Shown here piece after piece: positions 27,670-38,546 of a stretch of DNA of 64,000 bases. This DNA is from Chitinilyticum piscinae (GTDB lineage: Bacteria > Pseudomonadota > Gammaproteobacteria > Burkholderiales > Chitinibacteraceae): NCBI RefSeq assembly GCF_015223195.1, contig NZ_JADFUA010000001.1, positions 575,858-639,857 of the forward strand, in the 5' to 3' direction. Each line of letters begins with the position of its first letter. The first letter of the stretch is position 1. The position numbers were made by a program, and so were the translations under genes. The notes beneath the pieces were generated by a model. The model did no database searches. It had not been told where the DNA came from and worked only from the letters and a program-made list of their open reading frames with translations.

Positions 27670-28765
27670 AACCGCAAACGCCGCTCCGCCGCGGCAGAAC
27701 AAGGCCCGCAAGATACTGGGCGGCATCCTGCTGCTGGTCGCCGCCCTGATCGGCTGGCGCATCTGGTGGTCCAGCGGCCATATCGGCACGGATAACGCGC
27801 AGGTCGAAGGGCACATCGTGCCGGTGTCGGCACGGGTCGGCGGCTATGTGCTGCGGGTGCCCAACGAGGACAACAGCCAGGTGGCACGCGGCCAGTTGCT
27901 GGTCGAGATCGACCCGCGCGACTACATCGCCAGGGTGGCGCAGGCCGAGGCCGACTGGCGCAATGCGCTGTCGGCATCCGGCCAGTCCGGTCAGCCGGGC
28001 GAGGCGCTGGCCAAGATCGGTGCGGCCAATGCCGCGGCGGCTGCCGCCGCCGCACAGGGACAGGCTGCCGAGACAGCAATTGCCGAAGCCCGCGCAACGG
28101 CCACCAAGGCACGCAATGACCTGCAACGCGCCCGCGAGCTGGCGGCGCAGAAGATGTACAGCCAGGCGCAGCTCGATACTGCGCAGACGGCACTGGCGGT
28201 CGCCGAAGCGCGCGTACAGAGCCTGATCGCGCAGAAAAATGCCGCGCAGGAGCAGGCCGCCGCCGCACGCCAGCAGGTGGTGGTGTCCGGAGCCGGGCTG
28301 AAGTCGGCCGAAGCCAAGACCATGGCCGCCGAGGCCGCGCTGGCACTGGCCAGGCATCAGCTGGCCGATACGCAGGTGACCGCGCCGGCCAGCGGCGTGG
28401 TGAGCAAACGCGCGGTCGAGCCGGGGCAGATGATCCAGGCCGGGCAGACGCTGATGTATCTGGTCGATACCTCGCGTCTGTGGGTGACGGCCAACCTCAA
28501 GGAAACCGAGATTGCCGAGGTGAAACCGGGCCAGCGGGCCGAGATCAGGGTCGATGCCCTGTCCGGGGTGAAGCTGACCGGCAAGGTTAAATCGTTCAGC
28601 CCGGCAACCGGCGCGCGCTTTACCCTGCTGCCACCGGACAATGCCACCGGCAATTTCACCAAGGTGGTGCAGCGCGTGCCGGTGCGCATCGCGCTGGATC
28701 CCTTGCCCGAAGGTGTGACCTTGCGCCCCGGGCTGTCGGTGGATGTGACCATCCTGACGCGCTGA
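27662..28765 (+). CDS. HlyD-family membrane fusion protein (EmrA-like)
   Basis: Start at MTETANAAPP. N-terminal TM helix ILGGILLLVAALIGW. Long coiled-coil. Biotinyl-lipoyl-like and beta-barrel segments characteristic of EmrA. Confidence 0.85.
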   Translation: MTETANAAPPRQNKARKILGGILLLVAALIGWRIWWSSGHIGTDNAQVEGHIVPVSARVGGYVLRVPNEDNSQVARGQLLVEIDPRDYIARVAQAEADWRNALSASGQSGQPGEALAKIGAANAAAAAAAAQGQAAETAIAEARATATKARNDLQRARELAAQKMYSQAQLDTAQTALAVAEARVQSLIAQKNAAQEQAAAARQQVVVSGAGLKSAEAKTMAAEAALALARHQLADTQVTAPASGVVSKRAVEPGQMIQAGQTLMYLVDTSRLWVTANLKETEIAEVKPGQRAEIRVDALSGVKLTGKVKSFSPATGARFTLLPPDNATGNFTKVVQRVPVRIALDPLPEGVTLRPGLSVDVTILTR

Positions 28766-28819
28766 GCAGACATTTGAAGGGCAATGCCATGCTTCAGAGG
28801 CCACTGTGAACCCGCAACG

Positions 28820-30400
28820 ATGAAACCCATCCTTCCCACCCTGTCCCGTTCGGTCGACGACGCCAGCATCCATGCCAACCGCTACATCATCGCGATGACG
28901 GTAACGCTGGCCTGCGTGCTGGAATTGCTCGACACCAGCATCGTCAATGTCGCCATCCCGCACATGATGGGCACGCTGGGCGCGACGCTGGACGAAATCA
29001 CCTGGGTGTCGATCGGCTATGTGGTTGCCAATGTCATCGTACTGCCGATCTCGGGTTTTCTGGGCAATCTGTTTGGCCGGCGCAACTACCTGCTGCTGTC
29101 GATTACGCTGTTCATCGTGGCGTCGATTGCCTGCGGCAACGCCAGCACCCTGCCGGAAATGGTGTTCTGGCGCATCGTGCAGGGCCTGGGCGGCGGCGGG
29201 CTGATCGCGACCGCGCAATCGACGATGTTCGAGGTGTTCCCGCGCAAGGAAATGGGCGCGGCGATGGCGATCTTCGGCATGGGTATCATGCTCGGGCCGA
29301 TGCTGGGACCGACTGTCGGTGGCTGGCTCACCGACCAGTACAGCTGGCCGTGGATTTTCTACATCAACCTGCCGCTGGGCCTGCTGGCGCTGCTGCTGGT
29401 GCTGCTGTACGTGCCGGAATCAAAGCTCAGGCAGAAGGTCGAGCATATCGATTTCACGGGCTTGCTGCTGATGGCCGCCGGCATCGGCGCGCTGCAGCTG
29501 ATGCTGGAGCGCGGCGAGCGGCTGGACTGGTTCGATGCCTGGGAAGTGGTGGCCTATGCGGTGATCAGCATCGCCGCGCTGGGGGCCTTCATCATCCGCC
29601 AGCTGGAACACCTGCACCCGCTGGTCGACCTGCGCGTGTGCCGCGACCCGCAGTTTGCCGCCGGGCTGGTGATGACCTTCTTCCTCGGCGCCTCGCTGTT
29701 TGCCACCGTGTTCATCTTCCCCGTGTATCTGCAGACACTGATGGGCTATTCGGCCTGGCAGACGGGCTTGCTGATCCTGCCTTCTGCCCTGGCATCCGGG
29801 CTGATCATGCCGGTATCGGCACGGCTGGTGAGCAAGGGGTTTCCGGCGCGCGGGCTGATTATCTGCGGTGCTGGCCTGTTCATGTATTCGATGTGGCTGC
29901 ATTACCACTTCACCACGCAGTCGGGCACCTGGGATTTCATGCTGCCGCTGGTGATCCGTGGCGTAGGCCTTGGCATGATTTTCATGCCCTTGAACAATCT
30001 GAGCATGGCCAATCTGCAGCCGCTGCAGATCGGCAGTGCCACGGGCTTGTACAACCTGACCCGCCAGCTTGGCGGCAGTGTCGGCATTGCGCTGTCGGCG
30101 ACGTTTTCGACCAAGCTCTCGCACATGAAAAACGATGTGCTGCTGGAACACCTGAGCGGGCCGTTTGCCAGCGAGCGCCTGGCAATGCTCAAGTCCCGCC
30201 TGCTGGCGAGCGGCATGCCGGTCACCAGCGCGGATGGTGCGGCGCATGCACTGCTGGCGCAGCAAGTGCAGAAACAGGCACTGATGCTGGCCTACGACCA
30301 TCTGTTCATGCTGTTCGGCCTGGCCATGCTGCTGACCCTGCCCTTGCTGGTGGTGATGAAAAAGCAGCAGGTTGCGGCATCGGCAGAAGTGGCACACTAA
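28820..30400 (+). CDS. MFS drug:H+ antiporter, DHA2 (EmrB/QacA) family, 14 TM
   Basis: Start at MKPILPTL. DHA2 motifs LDTSIVNVAIP and GxxxDxxGRR-like FGRRNYLL. 14 predicted TM helices. Confidence 0.85.
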   Translation: MKPILPTLSRSVDDASIHANRYIIAMTVTLACVLELLDTSIVNVAIPHMMGTLGATLDEITWVSIGYVVANVIVLPISGFLGNLFGRRNYLLLSITLFIVASIACGNASTLPEMVFWRIVQGLGGGGLIATAQSTMFEVFPRKEMGAAMAIFGMGIMLGPMLGPTVGGWLTDQYSWPWIFYINLPLGLLALLLVLLYVPESKLRQKVEHIDFTGLLLMAAGIGALQLMLERGERLDWFDAWEVVAYAVISIAALGAFIIRQLEHLHPLVDLRVCRDPQFAAGLVMTFFLGASLFATVFIFPVYLQTLMGYSAWQTGLLILPSALASGLIMPVSARLVSKGFPARGLIICGAGLFMYSMWLHYHFTTQSGTWDFMLPLVIRGVGLGMIFMPLNNLSMANLQPLQIGSATGLYNLTRQLGGSVGIALSATFSTKLSHMKNDVLLEHLSGPFASERLAMLKSRLLASGMPVTSADGAAHALLAQQVQKQALMLAYDHLFMLFGLAMLLTLPLLVVMKKQQVAASAEVAH

Positions 30401-30749
30401 GGGTATATCCCCAAAAGTCATTTGAATAAATGGCTGCATGGTAATACCCATGCAACTGGCTGGCCAAACATGGTGCGCGGCTGATCCCGCTGCGGGCAGG
30501 ATCAGTGCCGCGGCTCTTGCTGCCGCAACCGGAAAACCGCTCAGCATTCCGGAAAATTGCTGATCCGGCGGGTTTATCCCGCCAACCCTTCCAGAAAACT
30601 TGAAAGTGCTTCAAGAAAGCTCTGTGACAGGCCTGCGGGTCATGCGCCTAAGATGAGCTTGTCTTCCCGAGAGGAAGCGGCGCGAGCCACCTGCCAGTTC
30701 TTGGGCAGACTGGCCGCACCCCTGACAAGCATATCAAGAGGGTTCGGAG

Positions 30750-33251
30750 ATGAATGATCTGTTGCAGCCACTGTTCGACCACGCCGGCATGCTGGCTATC
30801 GGCGCGGTGTTGATTGTTTTGCTGGTGAATTCCATCGTCATTGTTGGCGGTGAAGAAATGGCGCTGCTGGAACGCCGCTGGCTGGGGCGCAAGATGCCGC
30901 AGGGGCGGGTGGTGGCGCAGCCCGGTGAGGTGGGGATCCAGGCGCGCACACTCGGGCCGGGACTGCACCTGCTGATTCCCTTCCTGTTCAAGGCGACCAA
31001 GATTCCCTTCGTTACGATTGCCGATGCCGAAATCGGCCTGGTTGAATCCATCGACGGGCATGCGGTATTGCCGGGCAAGATCTTTGCCGAGCCGGTCGAC
31101 GGGCACAACTCCTTCCAGGATGCCGAAGCCTTCCTGCGCAATGGCGGCCAGAAAGGCCCGCAGGTAGCGGTGCTGCCACCGGGGAAATACCGTATCAACC
31201 CGTATCTGTTCCGTGTGGACAAGGCCGCGATGATCACCATCCGCGACCATGAAATCGGTATTGTCGAGGCGACCGATGGCGACCCGATTCCGGCCGGCCG
31301 AATCTTTGCCCGCACGGTGGCCGGCCATCAGGCATTCCAGGACGGCGCCGGGTTTCTGCGCAACGGCGGGCAGAAAGGTCCGCAGATCGACGTGATCCCG
31401 CCGGGGAATTACCGGATCAACCCGCTGCTGTTCAAGGTAAGCAAGAGCGCGGCGGTCAGCATTCCCGAAGACAGCATCGGCCTGATCGAAGCCACGGATG
31501 GCGAGCCGATTCCGGCCGGGCGCATCTTTGCGCGGGTGGTGAAAGGCCATGATGCCTATCAGTCCGGGCAGGCCTTTATCGACAATGGTGGGCAGAAGGG
31601 CCCGCAGATCGATGTGCTGCCTCCGGGGCTGTACCGGATTCACCCGAATCTGTTCAAGCTGCAGATTGTGCCGGCCATCGTGATCGAGAAGGGCGCGGTC
31701 GGGGTGGTGCTGGCACAGGATGGTCTGCCGATTCCGACCGGGCGTCTGCTCGCGCACCGCGTCAGCGGCCATGACAACTTCGAGAATGGCGAGGCCTTCC
31801 TCAACCAGGGCGGGCAGAAAGGGCCGCAGATCGATGTGCTGCTGCCGGGTACTTACCGGATCAATACCGCACTCTTTGCCGTTCGCACCGCGCCGGCCAC
31901 GGTGGTCGAGGCCAATCACGTCGGGCTGGTGACCGCGCTGGACGGTATCCCGCTGCCGGAAAACGAATACGTGGCACGGCAGGTGGGCGGCCATGACGAC
32001 TACCAGAACGGCTCGGCCTTCCTGACCCAGGAAGGCCAGCGTGGCCCGCAGCTGGACGTGCTGCGCCCCGGGACGTATTACATCAACCCGCTGCTGTTTA
32101 CCGTCGAACTGGACAAGGTGGCCGTCATCGAGCGCGGTCAGGTCGGTGTAGTCGTGTCCAACGTCGGGGAGGCCCCGCCCGAGGAAATGATCCGCCGTCT
32201 GTCCGCCACGCAGGGCTCGACACAGGAAGCCGGGCAGGAACGCTATGTGGTGCCCAAGGGCTTCCGCGGGATTCAGGAGGAAGTCGCCGGCCCCGGCAGC
32301 TATTACCTGAATCGTCGCGCCTTCATGGCCTACATCATCGATACGACCAACATCACCATCGACTGGGACGAGCAGGCCGATACCCGCTTTGACGAACTGA
32401 CGGTGATTTCCAAGGATGGCTTCCCCATCCAGGTCTCGGTCAAGGTGGTCATTCGCGTGCGGCCCGATCAGGCGCCCTATATGGTCGCCAAGGTCGGCTC
32501 GGTCGATAACCTGATCCAGCACGTCATCCATCCGATGATCGACTCTTCCTTCCGCAACCAGGCCTCCACGGCCTCGGCGATGGATTTCCTGCAAAGCCGC
32601 TCGGAAGAACAGGCCAAGGCCGAAGCGCGCGTGCGCGCCGATCTGGAGAAATACCACGTCGAATGCGTCTCGGTGCTGATCTGCCAGATCAAGCTGCCTG
32701 CCGAACTGATGGAAACGCAGACCAAGCGCATCATCGCCGAGCAGCAGCTGGAGATGTACAAGATGGAGCAGCGCTCGCAGGTGGAACGCACGCAGATGGA
32801 AAAAATGCGCGCCACCGCCGACCAGCAGCCTGTGCTGGTGGCTTCGGAAATTGCCGTGCAGGTGGCCCAGCAGAAAAAGAGCGAGATGGTGACGCTGGCC
32901 GAAGGCGAGGCCCGTTCCAAGGCGCTCGACGGCGAGGGGGAAGGCAACCGGCTGCGGCTGATCGGTGACGGCGAGGCGGCCAAGATCTCCGCCATCGGTG
33001 AAGCCACCGCGCTGGCCTACCAGAAGCAGACCGAAGCGCTGGGCGAGGATGCCATCCGCTCGATCAAGCTGGTCGAACTGATTTCGGGGGCCATCGAACG
33101 CGGCCAGCTCAAGATTGTTCCCGATGTCATGGTCTCGGGCAGCGGAGCCAGCGAAGGCTTCATGGCCCAGCTGGCCCGCCTGCTCCCCGGCATGGACCTG
33201 GGCCAGCTGCTGGCGCGCGGCAAACCCGATGTGCTGCCGCCACCGCAATAA
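30750..33251 (+). CDS. flotillin/SPFH (band-7) family protein with an expanded N-terminal region of five to six ~75-aa tandem repeats
   Basis: 833 aa. TM helix LAIGAVLIVLLVNSIVIV. SPFH beginning VVAQPGEVGIQARTLGPGLHLLIPF. Five near-identical units (...IG.VEA.DG.PIP.GRIFAR.V.GH..FQ.G.AFL.NGGQKGPQIDV.PPG.YRINP.LFKV) plus a degenerate sixth. Flotillin-type Glu/Ala/Gln-rich coiled-coil C-terminus (EQQLEMYKMEQRSQVERTQMEKMRATADQQ). Confidence 0.8.
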   Translation: MNDLLQPLFDHAGMLAIGAVLIVLLVNSIVIVGGEEMALLERRWLGRKMPQGRVVAQPGEVGIQARTLGPGLHLLIPFLFKATKIPFVTIADAEIGLVESIDGHAVLPGKIFAEPVDGHNSFQDAEAFLRNGGQKGPQVAVLPPGKYRINPYLFRVDKAAMITIRDHEIGIVEATDGDPIPAGRIFARTVAGHQAFQDGAGFLRNGGQKGPQIDVIPPGNYRINPLLFKVSKSAAVSIPEDSIGLIEATDGEPIPAGRIFARVVKGHDAYQSGQAFIDNGGQKGPQIDVLPPGLYRIHPNLFKLQIVPAIVIEKGAVGVVLAQDGLPIPTGRLLAHRVSGHDNFENGEAFLNQGGQKGPQIDVLLPGTYRINTALFAVRTAPATVVEANHVGLVTALDGIPLPENEYVARQVGGHDDYQNGSAFLTQEGQRGPQLDVLRPGTYYINPLLFTVELDKVAVIERGQVGVVVSNVGEAPPEEMIRRLSATQGSTQEAGQERYVVPKGFRGIQEEVAGPGSYYLNRRAFMAYIIDTTNITIDWDEQADTRFDELTVISKDGFPIQVSVKVVIRVRPDQAPYMVAKVGSVDNLIQHVIHPMIDSSFRNQASTASAMDFLQSRSEEQAKAEARVRADLEKYHVECVSVLICQIKLPAELMETQTKRIIAEQQLEMYKMEQRSQVERTQMEKMRATADQQPVLVASEIAVQVAQQKKSEMVTLAEGEARSKALDGEGEGNRLRLIGDGEAAKISAIGEATALAYQKQTEALGEDAIRSIKLVELISGAIERGQLKIVPDVMVSGSGASEGFMAQLARLLPGMDLGQLLARGKPDVLPPPQ

Positions 33252-33276
33252 GGGAGTGATCAATAAGCCAGCAAAG

Positions 33277-33307
33277 CAAACGCGCCAGGATAGCCATGGC
33301 GCGTTTG
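33277..33307. terminator. probable bidirectional terminator hairpin between the convergent flotillin and lipoprotein genes
   Basis: 10-bp stem CAAACGCGCC / GGCGCGTTTG with an 11-nt loop. Lies in the 167-nt gap between convergent stops (33251 and 33419). Confidence 0.5.
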
Positions 33308-33418
33308 CCTTCATCTGAAAGCGAAAATGTCGATGCCTCCGCTTTAGGCCTTGCATCCACATGAAGCATGACAAGGAATCCGGATTCCGCCCGCCAAGGG
33401 CAGCGGGCGGAGTTGGAA

Positions 33419-34834
33419 TCAATCGCTCCAGCCGCCTTCGCAGCGGAAGCTTTCAGCGGGCAGGGTACGCAGCTTGCCGCTGCGTGCATCCAGCTCCCAG
33501 AGGCGGCCTTGGGTCTGTTTGGCATCCCAGCGGTGCTTGTGCCAGCCACTCATGTCATCGCTCTTGCCCTGCTTGAATTTCGGCGAAGGCAAAAAGCCGA
33601 TCTGGACCAGTTGTTTGCTATCACCGATGAGCTGAGGCAGCTTCTGGGTCCCGGTAATGCACGACTGGCCACCTGCTTCGCCCTGATAGGAATGCTCAAC
33701 CGTCAGTTTATTCATGTCGTAGGGGCCAACCGGCTGTGCATCGGCAACCACGAAGCTGCGCTTGTCGACAACCAGTAGCCACTGCTGCTCCGGTCGCGAA
33801 GCCAGAATCAGCTGCCAGTGTCTGGCTGCGTTGTCGTACTCTTCCCGTCCTCCGCCACGAACATCGAACTGAGTGAACGATTTGGCTGCCTTGCTACCGG
33901 GGGGCGTTTCTATCCAGCCAGCGCTTTTGAGCAGCGGGTATTTGCCACTGTCGTCGATCCCGCCGGGCAGGGTCTTGCCGATCAGCAAACGCGGGTCGCT
34001 GCCGAGATTGCTGCTGGCTACCACCTCTTCGGTGCTGGTATTGCGCGCTTTATAGCGACCACTGGCAGGATCAAGGCCCCATACCCTGACGAGCGGTTTG
34101 GCGAGTTGCACCAGCTTGCCCTGAGCATCGCTGATGGTTCCGGTGGTGGTGGTTCGCAACTGCAGTGGCTGGTTGGCACTCGCCAGTACTTCCAGCTTGG
34201 TATCGCTTTCCTGACAACGGGCGTTCGGTTTGCACGCTCCGGCATTGCTGACGGAACCATCAATACTGCCCAGCTCGGCGATCTGACCGTCCTTGTAGCC
34301 ACCAATCAGCCAGCGTTCAGACGAGTACCCCTGCCGGAAAGTCCATGCGCTGATAAGCCAGCCAGCATGCCCAGTGCCCAGATCGAGCCAGCGGATGCTC
34401 TCCGCTGCCGGAGGGTTGCCGAATCCAAGGCTGGATTCTGTTCTTTGTACGGCTTGCCAGCCTTTGCTCGTATTTAAAAAACGCCCAATTAGGATAGAAC
34501 CGCTTGCGGTATTGCCATCCCGTTCTGCGGCGGCAATCGCGTAAAGAGCCTGAGTGCCGTCGGACTCCCGAATCAGTCGCGCATCGAGCACGTACGCTGT
34601 TGCCACGCTGCCATCCTTGAGGCGGATGCGGGCTTGCCCCTGAGCGTTGCTGCTCCCAAACCATGTGTGAGCTAGTCCTACCGTATCTAGTTTGGAAATG
34701 CTGGAAATCTGGACAGGCTTTCCGGCACTGACTGGTGGTTTGGTTGGCTGAGTGGGCGAAGTGGCAGGCTGGACGGTCACACACCCAGCCATTAGTGCTG
34801 CCAGTGGGAGCAGGGCTAGCAGTGGCTTATTCAT
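33419..34834 (-). CDS. lipoprotein, hypothetical (471 aa)
   Basis: Lipobox LLPLAALMAGC. Ser/Thr/Gly-rich secreted protein. Convergent with the flotillin gene. Confidence 0.65.
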   Translation of the reverse strand: MNKPLLALLPLAALMAGCVTVQPATSPTQPTKPPVSAGKPVQISSISKLDTVGLAHTWFGSSNAQGQARIRLKDGSVATAYVLDARLIRESDGTQALYAIAAAERDGNTASGSILIGRFLNTSKGWQAVQRTESSLGFGNPPAAESIRWLDLGTGHAGWLISAWTFRQGYSSERWLIGGYKDGQIAELGSIDGSVSNAGACKPNARCQESDTKLEVLASANQPLQLRTTTTGTISDAQGKLVQLAKPLVRVWGLDPASGRYKARNTSTEEVVASSNLGSDPRLLIGKTLPGGIDDSGKYPLLKSAGWIETPPGSKAAKSFTQFDVRGGGREEYDNAARHWQLILASRPEQQWLLVVDKRSFVVADAQPVGPYDMNKLTVEHSYQGEAGGQSCITGTQKLPQLIGDSKQLVQIGFLPSPKFKQGKSDDMSGWHKHRWDAKQTQGRLWELDARSGKLRTLPAESFRCEGGWSD

Positions 34835-35024
34835 TATTACATTTCCAGTTTAAAAACTGACGCTGAGTGTATAGTTTTCGGGCGGTAGCGCTTGTAACGC
34901 CTCTCACACCTAACGGAATGAGTCTGTCTTGTGTAGCAAACCGCTTTCGCGAAAAGGCGTACATTCTTCAGTAGAAATCCTGCTTCCCTGGAGCATGAGC
35001 GATTTCTCGTCGGATCAAACCGGT

Positions 35025-35645
35025 TTATCCCCACAGACTCAATGCCGGCTCGGTACTGACGGCGCGCAGGATGTCGGTTTTGGAGATGAAGCCGGCGATG
35101 CCCTGATCCGCAGCCAGTACCGGTACGCCGTCCAGCGCGTGGTCAAGCATCAGTGCGGTGACGTGGCGCAGGTCAGTGTCGGGGCTAACCACCAATACCG
35201 GCGTGCGCATGACGTCGGCGACCTGCCGTTGCAGGACCTCGTGCGCGATGCCGTCGGCGATGACCAGCGAAGTGAGCAGATCGCGGTCGCTGACCAGCCC
35301 GACCAGCTGGCCGTCCTGCAGCACCGGACACTGATGGATGCCGTGCGCGTGCAGCAGTTGCCAGGCATCCTGCACGCTGAGTGCGGCATCGGCGGTGATG
35401 ACCGGGCTGTGCATGATGCGCCCGCAGCTGAAGACCGGCCCGCGCTCATGATCGAGCTGCTGGGTGCGCAGGTATTCGTTGCGCGCAAGCTTGCCCGGCA
35501 GGGGCAGCTGGAAGCCGCTGGTGGATTCTTCGTTATTGCGGGCGACGGCGGCGATGCGCCGCGCCGGGTAGAGGCCCGGGGTGGTGTCAAGCTCGCTGCG
35601 CGTGCCATGAAACACGCGGCCGGTGATGCCATAGACCGAAAACAT
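35025..35645 (-). CDS. CBS-pair domain protein
   Basis: 206 aa. Two CBS motifs (IMHSPVITADAALSVQDAWQLLHAHGIHQCPVLQDGQLVGLVSDRDLL; VADVMRTPVLVVSPDTDLRHVTALMLDHALDGVPVL). Downstream of the P-type ATPase on the same strand. Confidence 0.75.
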   Translation of the reverse strand: MFSVYGITGRVFHGTRSELDTTPGLYPARRIAAVARNNEESTSGFQLPLPGKLARNEYLRTQQLDHERGPVFSCGRIMHSPVITADAALSVQDAWQLLHAHGIHQCPVLQDGQLVGLVSDRDLLTSLVIADGIAHEVLQRQVADVMRTPVLVVSPDTDLRHVTALMLDHALDGVPVLAADQGIAGFISKTDILRAVSTEPALSLWG

Positions 35646-35734
35646 GCACGGCTCCTGCCGGATACAGTTGGTGGTATAAGCTTGTAGGCCTTAACTCATA
35701 GCGTTTTATTGGACATACCCAAGTAATTCCAGGC

Positions 35735-38401
35735 TCAGGCACGTGGCAGTAGCAGCCGGCACAGCAGTTTGCGGGCTTCTTCCAGCAGCAGTGTTGTGGA
35801 TGCCAGCCCGATGGCCAGCAGCCAGTCGCGTGCAGCGAGATCGGTGGCGTCGAACACGGCCTGCGCCGGTGCCCAGTGCACGGCCACCACCTGCATCAGC
35901 AGCACGCCGGCCAGAGCCAGCCACAATTTGCCATTGCTGAAGAACTGCTCATTGAAGGCCGAGCCGGATTCGCTGCGGGCATTGAAGATATTGAAAAACT
36001 GGAACAGCACGAAGGTGGTGAAGGCCAGTGTGCCGGCATAGCGCTCGCCATGCGCCGCGCCGAACTGCCAGGCTGCCAGCGTGCCGCAGGCCATGGTGAT
36101 GCCATACAGGGCGATGCGCAGCAGGCGCGGGCCGGTGAGGATGTGCGCGGTGGTGGCTCGCGGCGGCTTGTGCATGATGCCCGGCTGTGCCGGTTCAACG
36201 CCCAGTGTCATCGCCGGCGGCCCATCCATGATGATGTTTACCCACAGGATCTGGATGGCGGTGAACGGCGCCGGCCAGCCCAGCAGCATTGCACCCAGCA
36301 TGGTCAGTAGCGCGCCAATATTGGTCGAGAGCTGGAAGCGCACGAATTTGACGATGTTGTCGTAGATGGTGCGCCCTTCCTGCACGGCATGCACGATGCT
36401 GGCGAAATTGTCGTCGGTGAGCACCATTGCCGCAGCCTCGCGGCTGACTGCGGTGCCGGTCTGCCCCATGGCCACACCGATGTCGGCCGTTTTCAGTGCC
36501 GGTGCGTCGTTCACGCCGTCGCCGGTCATGGCGACGACCTGCCCGCTGGCCTGCAACGCTTCGACAATGCGCATCTTGTGTTCGGGAGCAACGCGGGCAA
36601 ATACGCCGGTGTCGCGCACCAGCGCGGCGGTGGCGGCGGCGTCCAGCCCATCGAGTTCCCGTCCTTCGCGGACCTGGCCGGGCAGGCCAAGCTCGCCGGC
36701 GATGGCGGCCGCGGTGAGGCGGTGGTCGCCGGTAATCATCTTCACGCCAATGCCGGCGCGGTGACAGGCGGCAATCGCCGCGGCGGCTTCGCTGCGCGGC
36801 GGGTCGACCATGCCGGCGAGCCCCAGCAGGGTCAGTCCCTTGCTCCACTGCGCCAGATCCTGGCTGGACGCAAACTCGCTGGCGGGGATAAGGCGGGTTG
36901 CCAGCGCCAGTACCCGCATCGACTGATCAGCCATTGCGCGGGTATGGGCTTGTATACTTTTTATCGCATCGCTTGTGATTGGTATGGAGTGGTGGGTATT
37001 GCTGCTGTGGTGCGTGCTGCGTGCAAGCAGCACATCCGGAGCCCCTTTGACCCAGAGGCGCACCTGCTCGCCTTCGCGATGAAAGGTCGCCATGAATTTG
37101 TTTGCCGAGTCGAAGGGGATTTCGGCCAGCCGCGGGCTGGCGGTACGCAGCGTCCCGGCGTCAAGGCCGGCCTGGGCGGCCAGCTGCAGCAGCGCGCCTT
37201 CGGTGGGATCACCGATGATGTGTTCGCCATCAAGCTGTGCATCCGCGCACAGTACCGCGGCAAGCAGCAATTGCAGCAGCGTGTCATCGGCCTGCAAGCT
37301 CAGCTGCGCCGGTGTCAGGGTGCTGGCATCGTAGCGCTTATCCGCAGCGTACAACTGCCGCACAGCCATGCGGTTCAGCGTCAGCGTGCCGGTCTTGTCC
37401 GAGCAGATGACGGTGGTACAGCCCAGTGTTTCCACTGCGGCGAGTTTTTTCACGATGGCATTCTTGCGCGCCATGCGGTGCATGCCCAGCGCCAGTGTCA
37501 CGGTGACTACCGCGGGCAGTCCTTCCGGAATGGCGGCAACGGCGAGCGCAATCGCGGTCATGGCGGTTTGTGCCAGCGGATCTCCGCGCAGAATGCCCAG
37601 CAGAAAAAACAGCAACACGACAAAACCGGCAATCAGTGCCAGCCGCTGGCCGAGCCGGTCGAGCTGGCGCTGCAGTGGGGTAGCCGATTCGGCCGTGGCC
37701 GCCAGCAGGTGCGCCAGCCGGCCGGTTTCGGTGCGCATGCCGGTGGCGGTGACGATGGCTTCCAGCCGGCCACGGGTCACGACGGTGTTCATGTACAGCA
37801 TGTTGCTGCGCTCGGCCAGTGGCGTATCGGCTGGCAGTGGGCTGCTGCCCTTCTCCAGCGGATGGGCCTCACCGGTCAGGCTGGCCTCGCTGACTTCGGC
37901 GCCGTGGGCGGCCAGCACCCTGGCATCTGCCGGCACACGGTCGCCGGCCTCCAGCAGGATCAGGTCTCCGGGTACCAGCTCGCTGGCCGGGATATCGCAG
38001 ACTTCGCCATCGCGCCGCACGCGCGCCGTGTGGGCCAGCATGGCTTTCAGGGCGGCGAGTGCGGCTTCGGCACGGTTTTCCTGGATAAAACCCAGCGTGG
38101 CGTTCAGGAGCACTACCAGCACGATGACCACGGCATCGGTGAGATCCCCGATCAGCGCGGCGACAGCGGCAGCGGCCAGCAGAATCAGGATCAGCAGATT
38201 GCGGAACTGGTCGGCAAAGCGCAGCCAGCCTGGCCGGCGTGCCGCTTCCTGCAGGCGGTTGAGCCCGCATTCAGCCAACCTGCTCCGTGCAAGTGCGGCA
38301 GCAAGCCCCTGCTGCGTGCTGTGCAGCGCCGCCACAACCTGCTCGCTGGACAGGGAATGCCAGTGCATCGAGGCATCGGGGGGATGGTGTGATGGATCCA
38401 T
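35735..38401 (-). CDS. cation-transporting P-type ATPase (P2-type, Ca2+/Mg2+-ATPase-like)
   Basis: DKTGTLT phosphorylation motif ([12 protein letters not shown]). [20 protein letters not shown] in TM4. About 10 TM helices. Start taken at MDPSHH...[15 protein letters not shown] (~38401) within ORF 35735..38539. Confidence 0.9.
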   Translation of the reverse strand: MDPSHHPPDASMHWHSLSSEQVVAALHSTQQGLAAALARSRLAECGLNRLQEAARRPGWLRFADQFRNLLILILLAAAAVAALIGDLTDAVVIVLVVLLNATLGFIQENRAEAALAALKAMLAHTARVRRDGEVCDIPASELVPGDLILLEAGDRVPADARVLAAHGAEVSEASLTGEAHPLEKGSSPLPADTPLAERSNMLYMNTVVTRGRLEAIVTATGMRTETGRLAHLLAATAESATPLQRQLDRLGQRLALIAGFVVLLFFLLGILRGDPLAQTAMTAIALAVAAIPEGLPAVVTVTLALGMHRMARKNAIVKKLAAVETLGCTTVICSDKTGTLTLNRMAVRQLYAADKRYDASTLTPAQLSLQADDTLLQLLLAAVLCADAQLDGEHIIGDPTEGALLQLAAQAGLDAGTLRTASPRLAEIPFDSANKFMATFHREGEQVRLWVKGAPDVLLARSTHHSSNTHHSIPITSDAIKSIQAHTRAMADQSMRVLALATRLIPASEFASSQDLAQWSKGLTLLGLAGMVDPPRSEAAAAIAACHRAGIGVKMITGDHRLTAAAIAGELGLPGQVREGRELDGLDAAATAALVRDTGVFARVAPEHKMRIVEALQASGQVVAMTGDGVNDAPALKTADIGVAMGQTGTAVSREAAAMVLTDDNFASIVHAVQEGRTIYDNIVKFVRFQLSTNIGALLTMLGAMLLGWPAPFTAIQILWVNIIMDGPPAMTLGVEPAQPGIMHKPPRATTAHILTGPRLLRIALYGITMACGTLAAWQFGAAHGERYAGTLAFTTFVLFQFFNIFNARSESGSAFNEQFFSNGKLWLALAGVLLMQVVAVHWAPAQAVFDATDLAARDWLLAIGLASTTLLLEEARKLLCRLLLPRA

Positions 38402-38546
38402 GCGTCCTCCTGCTCTCATAGTAGTCGCTCCACCGTGCGCAGGTCGGCAGGTCTGCAGCGGGGTATGGCGATGGCCGGTACTGCAAAGTCGGCGGCTTTG
38501 CGACAAAATCGGGATATTCAAGCATGTTCCGGAATTCAAAATTCAA

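Noticed and set aside
30401-30749. 349-bp leader upstream of the flotillin gene with two short imperfect hairpins
   Set aside because: The stems are short and mismatched and no recognisable riboswitch consensus is present. Probably just promoter or UTR sequence.
30648-33422. 924-aa ORF antisense to the flotillin gene
   Set aside because: It mirrors the flotillin repeats (a low-complexity translation). The sense strand has an unmistakable SPFH/flotillin signature. GC-driven artifact.
37368-38546. N-terminal 393 codons of the 778-aa ORF upstream of wecB
   Set aside because: The Ser/Ala/Arg-rich low-complexity translation overlaps the P-type ATPase gene on the opposite strand. The real gene starts at [10 protein letters not shown] (WecB N-terminus).
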